DNA of 64,000 nucleotides from an uncultured Thermoleophilia bacterium (GTDB lineage: Bacteria > Actinomycetota > Thermoleophilia > UBA2241). Shown here one piece after another: positions 17,171 through 27,294 of the stretch (positions are counted from its first letter, which is position 1; the number at the start of each line of letters is the position of its first letter). The DNA is taken from contig CAVPCT010000005.1 in assembly GCA_963702475.1 (NCBI GenBank), forward strand, positions 800,001 to 864,000. Direction: 5' to 3'. Under the pieces are notes generated by a model. It ran no database searches, was not told where the DNA came from, and saw only the letters and a list, made by a program, of their open reading frames with translations. The position numbers and the translations under genes are program-made.

Positions 17171-18445
17171 TCAGCCCCTCGCCAGGTCCAGCGCCGCCCT
17201 GGCTACGGCGAACACCGACTCGCGGTCGCGGAGGTGGCAGGGCAGCACCGGGACGTCGGCGCCGACGCCGATGGCCCTCGCGATCTGCTTGACGGTGAGC
17301 TCCTCGCCGGGCATGGACATGTAGGCGGCGACGACGAGTGGCGCGTCGCCGAGCGAGCGCACGAACGTGAGGTCCTTGCGCGAGGCGCGGAGGCTGTCGA
17401 GGTCGTTGGCGTTGGCGAGCAGTACCCAGACCGCGCTCTCGCCGCCCAGGCGCTTCCACGCACTCTCGGGCGAGCTGGTCGCCGCCGTGAAGACGATGAC
17501 GTCCTCGCCGGAGGCGCCGGCCTCGGACGACTCCTCGGCAGTGCCGGTCGCGGAGGCCAGGAGGAGCTGCCCGGCGATCACCGGGATCTCCACCTCCTTG
17601 TCGTCGATGAGCTCCACGCGCAGCTGCTTGACGACGTTGGAGTCGGTGAGGGTGTTGAGGAAGATCTCGTTGTAGAGGTCGATGGGGCCGCGCACGGCGA
17701 CCGTGAGGCCGCGGCCGATGTTCTCGATGGCCGGCTCGCTGACGGTGATGAGCCCGCTGGAGAACAGGCTGTAGATGACCTTGGCGCCGTGAAAGCGGTC
17801 CAGGCCACAGTCGCGCAGGATGATGTTGATGTCGGCGCGCCCGTCGATGCGCACCAGCACGCGCCACTCCTCGGCCGTGAGCGTGACCTCGCCGCGGTCC
17901 TCGATGCGGTCGCTGTAGGCGAGGTGCGGGACACGCTCCAGCGAGCCGAGCTGCTCGAAGATGAGCTCCCACTCGTCGATGCGCCGGCAGCCCTCCATGA
18001 TCACGTTCTCGACGTCCATCTGCACGAGGATGTCCTCGTCGGTGACCTGCTCGTCGGCGCTGAACTCGAACAAGCCGTCCATCCAGCTGAAGAAGTCGAA
18101 GGCCGCGTCCTGGATCTGCTCACGTACCGCGTGCTCGAGCGTGGACCGGTCGATGGCCCCGCTCTGAAGGAGGATGGTGCCGATGCGCTCGCCGCCGGCC
18201 TTCTCCTGGGCGGCGAGCGCGGCCTTGAGCTGGTCGGCGGTGATGGCGCCGGACTTGAGCAGACGCTCGCCCAGTGGCAGATGCTGCGGCACCGAGTACG
18301 CGTAGTAGATCTGGCCGTGCCGGAAGAAGATCTTGCCCCAATCGTCGCCACGCCGGATCGTGAGCGCACCCGACTTGGCGCTCATCTTCACCAGCTGGAA
18401 GATGTTGGGGAGGCTGAACTCCCTCAGGTTTCCCTGGAGCAGCAC
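17171..18445 (-). CDS. DUF4388/PATAN domain protein with MshEN-like tandem motif and degenerate small-GTPase-like C-terminus
   Basis: LQGNLREFSLPNIFQLV..KSGALT (DUF4388); PLGERLLKSGAI..QL..AL..Q...RIGTILL..GAI; C-terminal VPVLPCHLRDRESV resembles actinobacterial ATP/GTP-binding (MglA/CvnD-like) ends. Confidence 0.75.
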   Translation of the reverse strand: MLLQGNLREFSLPNIFQLVKMSAKSGALTIRRGDDWGKIFFRHGQIYYAYSVPQHLPLGERLLKSGAITADQLKAALAAQEKAGGERIGTILLQSGAIDRSTLEHAVREQIQDAAFDFFSWMDGLFEFSADEQVTDEDILVQMDVENVIMEGCRRIDEWELIFEQLGSLERVPHLAYSDRIEDRGEVTLTAEEWRVLVRIDGRADINIILRDCGLDRFHGAKVIYSLFSSGLITVSEPAIENIGRGLTVAVRGPIDLYNEIFLNTLTDSNVVKQLRVELIDDKEVEIPVIAGQLLLASATGTAEESSEAGASGEDVIVFTAATSSPESAWKRLGGESAVWVLLANANDLDSLRASRKDLTFVRSLGDAPLVVAAYMSMPGEELTVKQIARAIGVGADVPVLPCHLRDRESVFAVARAALDLARG

Positions 18446-18551
18446 GCGCGACCTCGACGGCTAGGGGGACGGCCACCTGTGGCCGCCAGTGTTCTACACC
18501 GGACGGGCTGCACTTCTCAAGACGCGGCCGAGATCGCCGGCCGGGCCGCGC

Positions 18552-19949
18552 TCAGGTCGTCCCCCGGCGCGGCGCGAGCTCCCAGTCCCTCGGGTCGGCC
18601 TCGGCGAGGTCCACGGTCTCGGCCAGGACCTCGCCGCCGAACGGCTCGTCCGGCAGGCAGGCCGGCCCCTCGCAGGTGCCGGCCTCGAGCCCGCTGCGCC
18701 GCAGGGCGGCGTACCCATAGGCGGACGTGGCGATGGTGGCGATGCCGCCGATGGCCAAGGCCCAGCGCACCCCGAGGCCGCGGACGATGAGCCCCGTGAT
18801 GGGGCCACCTATAGGGGTGCTCCCCAGGAACACCACGGCCCACAGCGCCATCACACGGCCGCGCATGGCGTGGCCGGCGTTCAGCTGCAGCAGGGAGTTA
18901 GTGCTGCCGTTGAACAGCATGGCGGCGGCGCCGATACCCACGAGCAGCCCGGCGGCGGAGTAGTACCCGGGCGTCAGCGCAAGCACCAGCGAGATGACAC
19001 CGAAGACGAACGTGCTGCCGACCAGGAGGCGCGTGGACGGGCGGGTGCGGCTCGCCATCACGAGCGCGCCCACCAGCGCACCGGCACCCATCGCCGCGGA
19101 GAGAGCGCCGTAGGCGCCGCCGCCGCGGTCGAACTCGCCCTTCGTCAAGATCGGGAGGACGACCGAGTAGTTGTAGGCCATGATGCTCACGATGCCGAGC
19201 ATCAGAAGCGGCACGCGCAACTCGGTGGTGCGCCACACGTGGCTGAACCCCTCGCGCACCTGTCCCTTCTCCCGCGCGACCGGCCTGCCGCGGAAGAGCT
19301 CGGCCGGTCGCATGAGGAGCAGCGCGGCGATCACCGCCAGGAACGACGCGGCGTTGAGCAGAAAGCACGGGCCGACGCCGACACTGGCGATGAGCACGCC
19401 TCCGAGCGCGGGGCCCAGGATCCGGGATGAGTTTATGACGACGCCGTTCAGGCCCACGGCGTTGGCCAGGTCGTCCGGACCCACCATCTCGTACACGAAG
19501 CTCTGCTGCGAAGGCATGCCCAAGGCCAGAGCCGTCCCGGTGAGGGCAGCGAGGAGCCAGATCATCCACACCGTGACGACGTCGGTGACGGTGAGCATCC
19601 CGAGGACGAGCGCGAGCACGGCCGCCACCGACTGCGTGGCCAGGAGCAGCTTGCGCTTGTCCACGCGGTCGGCCAGCGCGCCGGACCACGCCCCGAGCAC
19701 CAGGATGGGCCCGAACTGCAGGCCGACGGTGATGCCCAGATCCACGCTGCTGCCGCTGAGCTGCAGGACCAGCCAGGCCTGCGCGACTCCCTGCATCCAG
19801 GTGCCGCTCATCGACACCACCTGGCTGAAGAAGAAGAGGCGGTAGTTGCGGATGTGCAGCGAGCGGAAGGTACGGGACATCAGACCTCGCTGCGCGGGCC
19901 CGGGTACGCCGGCGGCGGCCGGGGACGTGTTGCCGGACGCCGGGCTCAC
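18552..19949 (-). CDS. MFS transporter (H+ antiporter/MFS_3-like)
   Basis: TFRSLHIRNYR, SGTWMQ, GALADRVDKRKLL, MRGRVMALW; about 12 TM helices. Confidence 0.9.
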   Translation of the reverse strand: MSPASGNTSPAAAGVPGPAQRGLMSRTFRSLHIRNYRLFFFSQVVSMSGTWMQGVAQAWLVLQLSGSSVDLGITVGLQFGPILVLGAWSGALADRVDKRKLLLATQSVAAVLALVLGMLTVTDVVTVWMIWLLAALTGTALALGMPSQQSFVYEMVGPDDLANAVGLNGVVINSSRILGPALGGVLIASVGVGPCFLLNAASFLAVIAALLLMRPAELFRGRPVAREKGQVREGFSHVWRTTELRVPLLMLGIVSIMAYNYSVVLPILTKGEFDRGGGAYGALSAAMGAGALVGALVMASRTRPSTRLLVGSTFVFGVISLVLALTPGYYSAAGLLVGIGAAAMLFNGSTNSLLQLNAGHAMRGRVMALWAVVFLGSTPIGGPITGLIVRGLGVRWALAIGGIATIATSAYGYAALRRSGLEAGTCEGPACLPDEPFGGEVLAETVDLAEADPRDWELAPRRGTT

Positions 19950-20194
19950 GCGCGCCGCAGGTACACCTGTCCGGCGCGCGAGACCACCTTGACGCCGGCC
20001 TGCTGCGCCTCGGCGGCCTTGCGCAGCCCGAGCGCCAGCGCCTGCGGCTTGCGCCCGGGCATCTCGACGAGGGCGGAGTCCATGTCCGAGTCGACGAAGT
20101 CGGCGATCACCTGCGTGTACAGGCCACCACCACCGCCCCGCCGGGGCGGCACGACCGCGGGGACGAGCTTGTACTCTTTCGCGCTGCGGGGCAT
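19946..20194 (-). CDS. Small basic hypothetical protein (82 aa)
   Basis: GGAGG RBS before ATG 20194; stop overlaps the MFS GTG start (GTGA). Confidence 0.7.
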   Translation of the reverse strand: MPRSAKEYKLVPAVVPPRRGGGGGLYTQVIADFVDSDMDSALVEMPGRKPQALALGLRKAAEAQQAGVKVVSRAGQVYLRRA

Positions 20195-20472
20195 GGCCTG
20201 CACCTCCGGTCCACGTCTGGTCATCGCGCGCCTCACGACTGCGCGCCTGCTGCGAGTGTACGCCACGGCAGGTCGCAGGGCAGCGCGCGGCCGGTGGTTG
20301 CGGATGTGCGGCACACGGGAAACAGCCATGTCGACCATCTCACGCGGAGGTTCAGGATGGCCGTGAAGAACGAGACGCTCGTCCCCCTGTTCGACGCTGA
20401 CGTACCAGCTGCGGGCCGCCCTGGCCGCAGGCTTCCGCCTGTACGAGGAGCGCGGCTGGGTGTGAGACCGAT

Positions 20473-20513
20473 GGCGCGACTCTCACCCTCATCTCAAGGG
20501 TGAGAGTCGCGCC
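20473..20513. repeat. Perfect 17-bp inverted repeat (terminator- or REP-like)
   Basis: GGCGCGACTCTCACCCT-catctca-AGGGTGAGAGTCGCGCC. Confidence 0.8.
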
Positions 20514-20686
20514 CAGAAAGCCCTCCGCGCACCGAAAGCCCGCCGGCGCAGGCCCCCGCCACGCGGGGGTGAGCGGTGCGACCGCCGGGGGTGCCCTTGA
20601 CGGCCGGCGTCGGGAGGGAAGAACGTTGCCGCAGAGACGATGAGCCGCGGGCCGCACCCGCGGAGGTACGCGCGGAGGGGGCGTCC

Positions 20687-21688
20687 ATGAAGAAGCTGAT
20701 CAACCGGCCCGCGGACGTGGTCCGCGACGAGCTGCGGGGCGTGGCGCTCGCGCATGCCGGCCGCCTCGTCGTACACCTGGACCCTCACTACATCGTGCGG
20801 GCGGACGCCCCGGTGCGCGGCAAGGTGGCCCTCGTGTCCGGCGGCGGCTCGGGGCACGAGCCCATGCACGGAGGATTCGTGGGCCCCGGCATGCTGGACG
20901 CCGCCTGCCCGGGCGAGGTCTTCACGTCGCCGACCCCCGACCAGGTGCTGGAGGCGACCACAGCCGTGGACGGTGGCGCCGGCGTGCTGCACATCGTCAA
21001 GAACTACACCGGCGACGTCATGAACTTCGAGATGGCAGCAGAGCTGGCCGACGCGGAGGGCATCCGCGTCGAGCAGATCGTCATCGACGACGACGTGGCC
21101 GTGCGCGACAGCCTGTACACGGCCGGGCGGCGCGGGGTGGGCGCCACGGTGCTGGCGGAGAAGATCTGCGGCGGCGCGGCTGAGCAGGGGCGGCCGCTCG
21201 CGGAGGTGGCCGCCCTCTGCCGCCGCGTGAACGCCGAGGCGCGCAGCATGGGCGTGGCGCTGACCTCGTGCACGGTACCCATGCGCGGCGTGCCCACGTT
21301 CGCGCTGGCCGACGACCAGATGGAGCTGGGCATCGGCATCCACGGCGAGCCAGGGCGTGAGCAGCGTCCGGTGGCCACGGCACGTGAGATCGTCGAGCTC
21401 CTGGCCGAGGCCGTCGTGGAGGACCTGCCGTTCGCCCGCGGCGACCAGGTCCTCGCCTTCGTCAACGGCATGGGCGGCACCCCACTGATGGAGCTGTACA
21501 TCGTCTTCGGGGAGCTGCACCGGTTCCTGGAGGACCGTGGCATCGCGGTGCGCCGGAGCCTGGTCGGCTCGTACATGACCGCGCTGGACATGACCGGCTG
21601 CTCATTGACACTCCTGCGCCTGGACGACGACCTCACGGCACTGTGGGACGCGCCCGTGGACACGCCCGGCATGAGGTGGGAGGCATGA
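20687..21688 (+). CDS. dhaK: Dihydroxyacetone kinase subunit K
   Basis: [60 protein letters not shown]. Confidence 0.96.
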   Translation: MKKLINRPADVVRDELRGVALAHAGRLVVHLDPHYIVRADAPVRGKVALVSGGGSGHEPMHGGFVGPGMLDAACPGEVFTSPTPDQVLEATTAVDGGAGVLHIVKNYTGDVMNFEMAAELADAEGIRVEQIVIDDDVAVRDSLYTAGRRGVGATVLAEKICGGAAEQGRPLAEVAALCRRVNAEARSMGVALTSCTVPMRGVPTFALADDQMELGIGIHGEPGREQRPVATAREIVELLAEAVVEDLPFARGDQVLAFVNGMGGTPLMELYIVFGELHRFLEDRGIAVRRSLVGSYMTALDMTGCSLTLLRLDDDLTALWDAPVDTPGMRWEA

Positions 21689-22353
21689 GCGCGACGTTCG
21701 CGGCCGATGACACCGTCGCCTGGCTGCGCGCGTTCGCGGCGGCCGTGGCCGAGCACCGCGAGGAGTTGACGGACCTCGACGCGGCCATAGGCGACGCCGA
21801 CCACGGGGTCAACATGGACCGCGGGATGCGGGCCGTCGTGGCGAAGCTGGATGCCGGAGGCGACAGGGACCGGGGACCGGGGCAGCTGCTGAAGACGACA
21901 GGCATGACGCTGGTGTCGACCGTCGGCGGGGCGGCAGGGCCACTGTACGGCACGCTGTTCCTCGACATGGGCAAGGAGGCCGGGGACCGTGACGGACTCG
22001 ACGTGACGGCGGTGGCCGACGCGCTGGAGGCCGGCGTGGCTGGGGTGCGGCGTCGCGGCAAGGCCGAGGCCGGCGACAAGACCATGCTGGACGCGCTGCT
22101 GCCGGCGGCGGCGGCGCTGCGGACCGCCGCCGGCTCCGGCGCGTCCCTCGGCGACGCTCTCGACGCGGCCGCTGCGGCCGCGGAGGCGGGCATGAGGGGG
22201 ACGATACCCCTGGTCGCCCGCAAGGGCCGCGCCAGCTACCTGGGAGAGCGCAGCGCCGGACACCAGGACCCGGGCGCAACCTCGGCCTGGCTCCTGCTCG
22301 CGTCGGCCGCGGAGGCGCTGCGCGAAAGGCCGGCCGGCGGAGAAGCCGGGTGA
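21685..22353 (+). CDS. dhaL: Dihydroxyacetone kinase subunit L
   Basis: [49 protein letters not shown]. Confidence 0.96.
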   Translation: MSATFAADDTVAWLRAFAAAVAEHREELTDLDAAIGDADHGVNMDRGMRAVVAKLDAGGDRDRGPGQLLKTTGMTLVSTVGGAAGPLYGTLFLDMGKEAGDRDGLDVTAVADALEAGVAGVRRRGKAEAGDKTMLDALLPAAAALRTAAGSGASLGDALDAAAAAAEAGMRGTIPLVARKGRASYLGERSAGHQDPGATSAWLLLASAAEALRERPAGGEAG

Positions 22354-22420
22354 GCGCCGGCCCCCGAGACCGAAGGCCGCCCGGCGACGCCCGCTCGGCC
22401 GGCGGAGCCTGAGGCCGCGC

Positions 22421-25072
22421 GTGATAGGCATCGTCCTGGTCAGTCACAGCGAGGAGGTCGCCGCGGGAGTCGCGCGACTGGCGGCGCAGATGGCCGCGCC
22501 GGAGGTCCGCATCGCCCCCGCCGGCGGGCTCGACGAGCCGGGCGTGCTGGGCACGGACGCGGCGAGGGTCGCGCGGGCGATCGATGACGTGTGGTCGGAC
22601 GACGGTGTGCTCGTGCTCATGGACCTGGGCAGCGCCGTGCTCTCGGCGGAGTTCGCCCTGGACCAGCTCGACAACGAGCGACGCGACCGCGTGCTGCTGA
22701 CGGCCGCGCCGCTGGTCGAAGGGGCCGTGGCGGCCGCCGTGACGGCCGGCCTGGGAGAGCCGCTCGAAGCCTGTGCGGCAGCCGCCCGCCGGGGACTGGA
22801 GGCCAAGGCGGCGCAGCTCGGCGAGGAGGCGGCGGGCGGCGAGGCGGCGGCGCCGGACGGCGCAGGCCCGGGAGCGGCGCCGCGGCGCCTGCGCGTGAGG
22901 GTGACGCCGAGGCTCGGGCTGCACGCGCGGCCGGCCGCACTGCTCGTCCGCACCGCCGGCCGGTTCGACGCCCGCGTGACGATCGCCGACGCGACCAACG
23001 GTCGCGGCCCGGTGAGCGCCCGCAGTCTGACGGCGGTCTCGCTCCTGGGCGCCGCGTGCGGGGACGACCTGCTGCTGACGGCCGAGGGACCGGAGGCGGC
23101 GCAGGCGCTGGACGCCGTGCGCCGCCTGAGCGAGGCGGGGTTCGGCGAGCCGGACGAGGCCGGACAGGGTCGTGGAGCGGCGGGTCCCGCCGGCGCGGGC
23201 GGCACGGGGCCGACCCCGGCGGCGCCCGCCGCGACGGTCCCCGCCTCTGCCCGCGGCGCGGGCGAGCGGCCGCCCGCGCCCGGGACGGTGCTCCGCGGCG
23301 TCCCCGCCTCGCCCGGCGCCGCCGTCGGACGTGCCATGACGCTGCGACCGCGGGCCGGTGCCCCGAGCGGTCGGGCGCCCTGCGACCCTGGCGCCGAGTG
23401 GGCGGCGCTGGGCGATGCCCTCGGCGCGGTCGCTCGCGACATCGCCGCCGTCAGGGAGCGCATGGCGCGCGTGGCCGGTTCCGGGGATGCGGGCATCTTC
23501 GATGCCCACCTGCTCTTTCTGGAGGACGAAGGGCTGCTCGACGCGACCCGTGAGGGAGTGTTCGACCGCGGGGAGACCGCCGCCCAGGCTTGGGCGACAG
23601 CCGTCGCCGCGGTCGCTGCGCAGTGGGACGGCCTGGCCGACGCGTACCAGCGCGAGCGGGCCGCGGACCTGCGCGCTGTGAGTGAGCAGCTCCTCACGAG
23701 ACTGCGAGAGAAGGACGAAGAGGCGGGCCGGGGCGGCAGCCGGGGCGCGACACCCGCCGGGACCGGGGCGCGGGTCGCGAAGACGGCCGAACGTGGGTCG
23801 TCTGCCGGGCCGGCCGTCCTCCTGGCGTACGACCTGACGCCGGGGCAGGTCGCCGCCCTGGACACGGCGCTCGTGGCCGGCGTCGCGTGCGCCGCGGGCG
23901 GGCCGACCTCGCACGCGGCGATCCTCGCGAGAGCGCTCGGCGTGCCGGCGGTCGTGGCCGTGGGCCCGGCCGTGCTGGACTTGGCGGAGGGCACCCTCCT
24001 CGCCGTGGACGGCGACGCCGGCACGGTGACGGTCCGGCCCGACGCCGACGCCGTCGACGAAGTACGCAGGCGGCGCGAGCAGGCGGCCGCCAGCTCGGCG
24101 TCCGCGCGGGAGGCGGCCGCCGAGCCGGCGGTGACGCGCGACGGACTGGTGGTCGCCGTGGAGGCCAACGTCACGGACGCGCGGGAGGCGGCGGCCGCGG
24201 TCCAGGCCGGCGCCGACGGCGCCGGCCTGCTGCGCACCGAGTTCCTCTTCCTGGAAGCCGCCACCCCGCCGGGCGAGAACGAGCAGGCGGCCGCGTACGG
24301 CGCCGTCGCGACGGCGCTCGGCGGCCGCCCGCTCACCATCCGCACCCTCGACGCCGGCGCCGACAAGCCACTGGCGTATCTGCCGCTCGAACCTGAGGCC
24401 AACCCCTTCCTCGGGGTGCGCGGCCTGCGCCTGGGACTGGCGCACCCCGAGCACCTGCTCGCTCAGCTGCGCGCCGTGCTCCGCACCGCGGCGCGCTTCC
24501 CGGTGCGAGTGATGTTCCCTATGGTGGCGACCGTGGACGAGCTGCGCCGCGCGCGCGCTCTCGTGGACGACGCGCGCACCTCCCTGCTCGAGCGGGGGAC
24601 CGCGGTGCCCGACGTTCTCGCCACCGGAGTCATGCTGGAGGTCCCGTCCGCGGCCCTGGTCGCAGACATGCTCGCACCCCTCGTCGACTTCTTCTCCGTG
24701 GGCACGAACGACCTGACCCAGTACACACTGGCGGCCGAACGCGGGAACGCCGGTGTCGCCGGCCTGTACGACCCGTTGCACCCGGCCGTGCTGCGCCTGA
24801 TCGGCATGACGGCCGACGCGGCCGCTGCCGCGGACCGCCCCGTGGCGGTCTGCGGCGAGCTCGCGGCCGACCCGCTCGCGGTACCGCTGCTGCTCGGCCT
24901 GGGGGTGCGCGAGCTCTCCGTGGCTCCGGCGTCGGTCGCCCTCGTCAAACAGGCGGTGCGACACACGGACGTCGCGGCGGCGCGGGCCGTGGCGCGCGAG
25001 GCCCTCCGGTCGGAGTCCGGGCAAGACGTGCGGCGTCTGCTCGCCGAGGCGGAGGCGTCAGGCGGAGGCTGA
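22421..25072 (+). CDS. dhaM: Multidomain DhaM: EIIA-HPr-complete Enzyme I phosphotransferase
   Basis: IGIVLVSHS and MDLGSA (EIIA); GLHARPAA (HPr); [24 protein letters not shown]-like [22 protein letters not shown] (EI). Confidence 0.92.
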   Translation: MIGIVLVSHSEEVAAGVARLAAQMAAPEVRIAPAGGLDEPGVLGTDAARVARAIDDVWSDDGVLVLMDLGSAVLSAEFALDQLDNERRDRVLLTAAPLVEGAVAAAVTAGLGEPLEACAAAARRGLEAKAAQLGEEAAGGEAAAPDGAGPGAAPRRLRVRVTPRLGLHARPAALLVRTAGRFDARVTIADATNGRGPVSARSLTAVSLLGAACGDDLLLTAEGPEAAQALDAVRRLSEAGFGEPDEAGQGRGAAGPAGAGGTGPTPAAPAATVPASARGAGERPPAPGTVLRGVPASPGAAVGRAMTLRPRAGAPSGRAPCDPGAEWAALGDALGAVARDIAAVRERMARVAGSGDAGIFDAHLLFLEDEGLLDATREGVFDRGETAAQAWATAVAAVAAQWDGLADAYQRERAADLRAVSEQLLTRLREKDEEAGRGGSRGATPAGTGARVAKTAERGSSAGPAVLLAYDLTPGQVAALDTALVAGVACAAGGPTSHAAILARALGVPAVVAVGPAVLDLAEGTLLAVDGDAGTVTVRPDADAVDEVRRRREQAAASSASAREAAAEPAVTRDGLVVAVEANVTDAREAAAAVQAGADGAGLLRTEFLFLEAATPPGENEQAAAYGAVATALGGRPLTIRTLDAGADKPLAYLPLEPEANPFLGVRGLRLGLAHPEHLLAQLRAVLRTAARFPVRVMFPMVATVDELRRARALVDDARTSLLERGTAVPDVLATGVMLEVPSAALVADMLAPLVDFFSVGTNDLTQYTLAAERGNAGVAGLYDPLHPAVLRLIGMTADAAAAADRPVAVCGELAADPLAVPLLLGLGVRELSVAPASVALVKQAVRHTDVAAARAVAREALRSESGQDVRRLLAEAEASGGG

Positions 25073-25128
25073 CACGCTCTCGGCACGGCGGCCGCGACGC
25101 GACTCCACCGCGAGCCGCGGAGCCGCGC

Positions 25129-26202
25129 TCACCCCGGCCCCGCGGCGAAGGCCTCGTGGTCGGCTACGGCCGCGGCGGTCCGCCGGATGAGCTCGAGGTT
25201 GGCCTCGAGCCTCATCATCCCGCCGACGGCGAGCGAGACGACCATCGCCTCGAACCGGTACACGAGGTGGCTGCGGAAGCGGCACGCCAGGTGCGAGAGG
25301 GAAGGCGCGCCCACCCCGGCGGCCAGCAAGCCGTCGCGGTAGCGCGCGAGGAGCGCGTCCTCGTGGCGGCGCCGCACCTCGGGTGGCAGCGCCGTGGCGA
25401 GGAAGTAGGCCACGTCGCCGACACCCTCGCCGGCACGCACCAGATGCCAGTCGAGCAGCCCCGGGCGGCCGCCGCTCCAGAACAGGTTCCCGGGGTGGAC
25501 GTCGTGGTGGACGAGCGTGCGCGGCCCGGTGGAGAGCTGCCGCATCCAGGCGCGCCGCCCGCGGGCGTAGGCGAGCGCGGGGCCGCGCAGAGCGCCCGGC
25601 ACCGCCGTGCCGGCGCGCCGGAGGCCCGCCAGCATGAGCGGGACGGCCAGGGCCGACCCGAGGGCGTCCTCGGTGTGACGGACCGGACCGGCCAGCCAGC
25701 GGTACTCCGCGTCCAGGGCCGGGTCCTCCCAGAAGCGGGCGTGCAGGCGGGCCAACTCGTCGACGGCCAGGCCCGCCTGCTCCGGCGTCCACGCGTCTCC
25801 CGGTGACCCGGCCGTCGCGCCGTGCTCCGTGACATCCTCGAGAACGAGCGTCGCGCCCCAACCCGGCCGCACCTGTCCGGCCAGCAGACTGGGGCGCAGC
25901 ACCGGTACGTGAGGCGCGATCTCCCGGTAGAAGCGCGCCTCGGCCTGGAGCAGTCGGGGAAGCGCCGTGATCGCGCGGGCCTTCCACCACAGCGACGGCA
26001 GCTTGGCGAACCAGCGTCTGGGCAAGGCGCCTGCGTCGTGCTCGACGGCGATGCGCACCCGGGTCGTGGTGCCGACGTCCACGGAGAGGACCGCGGCCCC
26101 GGCAACCCGCGTGCCCGGCCCGTGGAGCGCCAGGACACGCTGCGCCCAGGCGGCCGTGAGGTCGCCGGGATGCCTGGCAAGGATGCTGGTGTGTGAGTCC
26201 AT
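25129..26202 (-). CDS. Aminoglycoside/choline/EcKinase-like phosphotransferase
   Basis: FAKL, EARFY, LARLHARFW, LVHHDVHPGNL, LLDWH. Start uncertain (26202 or 26274). Confidence 0.85.
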   Translation of the reverse strand: MDSHTSILARHPGDLTAAWAQRVLALHGPGTRVAGAAVLSVDVGTTTRVRIAVEHDAGALPRRWFAKLPSLWWKARAITALPRLLQAEARFYREIAPHVPVLRPSLLAGQVRPGWGATLVLEDVTEHGATAGSPGDAWTPEQAGLAVDELARLHARFWEDPALDAEYRWLAGPVRHTEDALGSALAVPLMLAGLRRAGTAVPGALRGPALAYARGRRAWMRQLSTGPRTLVHHDVHPGNLFWSGGRPGLLDWHLVRAGEGVGDVAYFLATALPPEVRRRHEDALLARYRDGLLAAGVGAPSLSHLACRFRSHLVYRFEAMVVSLAVGGMMRLEANLELIRRTAAAVADHEAFAAGPG

Positions 26203-26372
26203 CCCGCCGCAGAGCGTACTGCGGACGCGCTCCCGGCTCACTGGGCTCAGGGCCGACTTCGGTCGACCGACCACGGGCTCGTCCCGGCCCCGCGCACGCT
26301 CTCGCGGGGCCGCCTCAGACCTGCTGCGGGCCGGCGCGCATGGAATCCGGGCCGGCTAGCGGCTGTGCCGCC

Positions 26373-27096
26373 TCACTGCCGGGCGGGCCGGCCTACGGGC
26401 AGCAGATACAGGAGCGTCTCAGCCGGCGGCAGCCCGAGGACGCGGGCGGCCGAGTCGTCCACGAACGCGCCGATGGGCACCGACCCCAGCCCGAGTGCGA
26501 CCGCCTGCAGACAGACGTTCTGGGCCGCGTGACCCGCCTCCAGCGCCACGTACCGCCGCCCCCGTTCGCCGTACTTGCCGGTCGTGCGCGAGAAGTCGGC
26601 CGTAACGACGAGCGTGAGTGGCGCCCGTGCAATGACCTGCTGCGACAGGGCCGCTTGCGCCAGCGACGCGGCGACAGGCCCCGCACGCACGCGCTCCAGG
26701 GAATGGCTCCCGGGCACGTAACGATAGACGCCGGCGAGCAGTCCTGAGACGCGCCCCACGACCACGTAGACCTCCAGCGGGTACAGGGCCCCAGCCGACG
26801 GCGCCGTGCGTCGCCCGCCGACGGGGTCGCTCACGCCCTGCGCCGCCCAGAGCAGCTGCGCCACCTGCTGGATCGTCAGCGAGCCGGCCGCGAAGTCGCG
26901 CACCGACCTCCGCTCCGCCAGCGCCTGCTCGAGCGACATCGCTCCGACCGTGCGAGGCGGCGGCAGCGACACGCACGCCGGAGACGGACGGCGCGGGCGA
27001 CGTCGTGACGACACCGGCGGCGGACCGGCCGCCGCACGCACCCGCGGCCGCCGCGACCAGCGCCAGCACGAGCAGGCTCCCCGCTTCTGCCCGCAC
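26373..27096 (-). pseudogene. SagB/ThcOx-type nitroreductase-family protein, apparently frameshifted away from its lipoprotein-like leader
   Basis: Core: LAERRSVR, LLWAAQG, RTAPSAGALYPLEVY, LEAGHAAQN. The leader (GTG 27096, GGAG RBS, LLVLALVAAAAGAC) is in another frame and joins near 26975 with one extra base. An intact core could still start at ATG 26939. Confidence 0.6.
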
Positions 27097-27294
27097 AGCG
27101 CCTCTCCGGTGTCCGCCCACGCCCCGGTCCCCTTTCGCTGCGGCCGCGTCCCTCCGCGGACTGCTGCCTGCATGGTCCCCGGCGCGGCGACCGGCCAAGC
27201 CGTACGCCGGCCCGGTGCCGCCGTACGGCCGCGAACCGGACCGGACCGATGCGGCGCACCCGCGCCGGGGAGGCGCTGCCCTATACTCCTGACC

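Noticed and set aside
21809-25024. Long antisense or alternate-frame ORFs (1071 aa here; also 43950..46997, 27313..29313, 11449..13593, 9233..11284 and many others)
   Set aside because: They shadow well-supported genes, are Arg/Pro/Ala-rich without motifs, and are expected from stop-codon scarcity in high-GC DNA.
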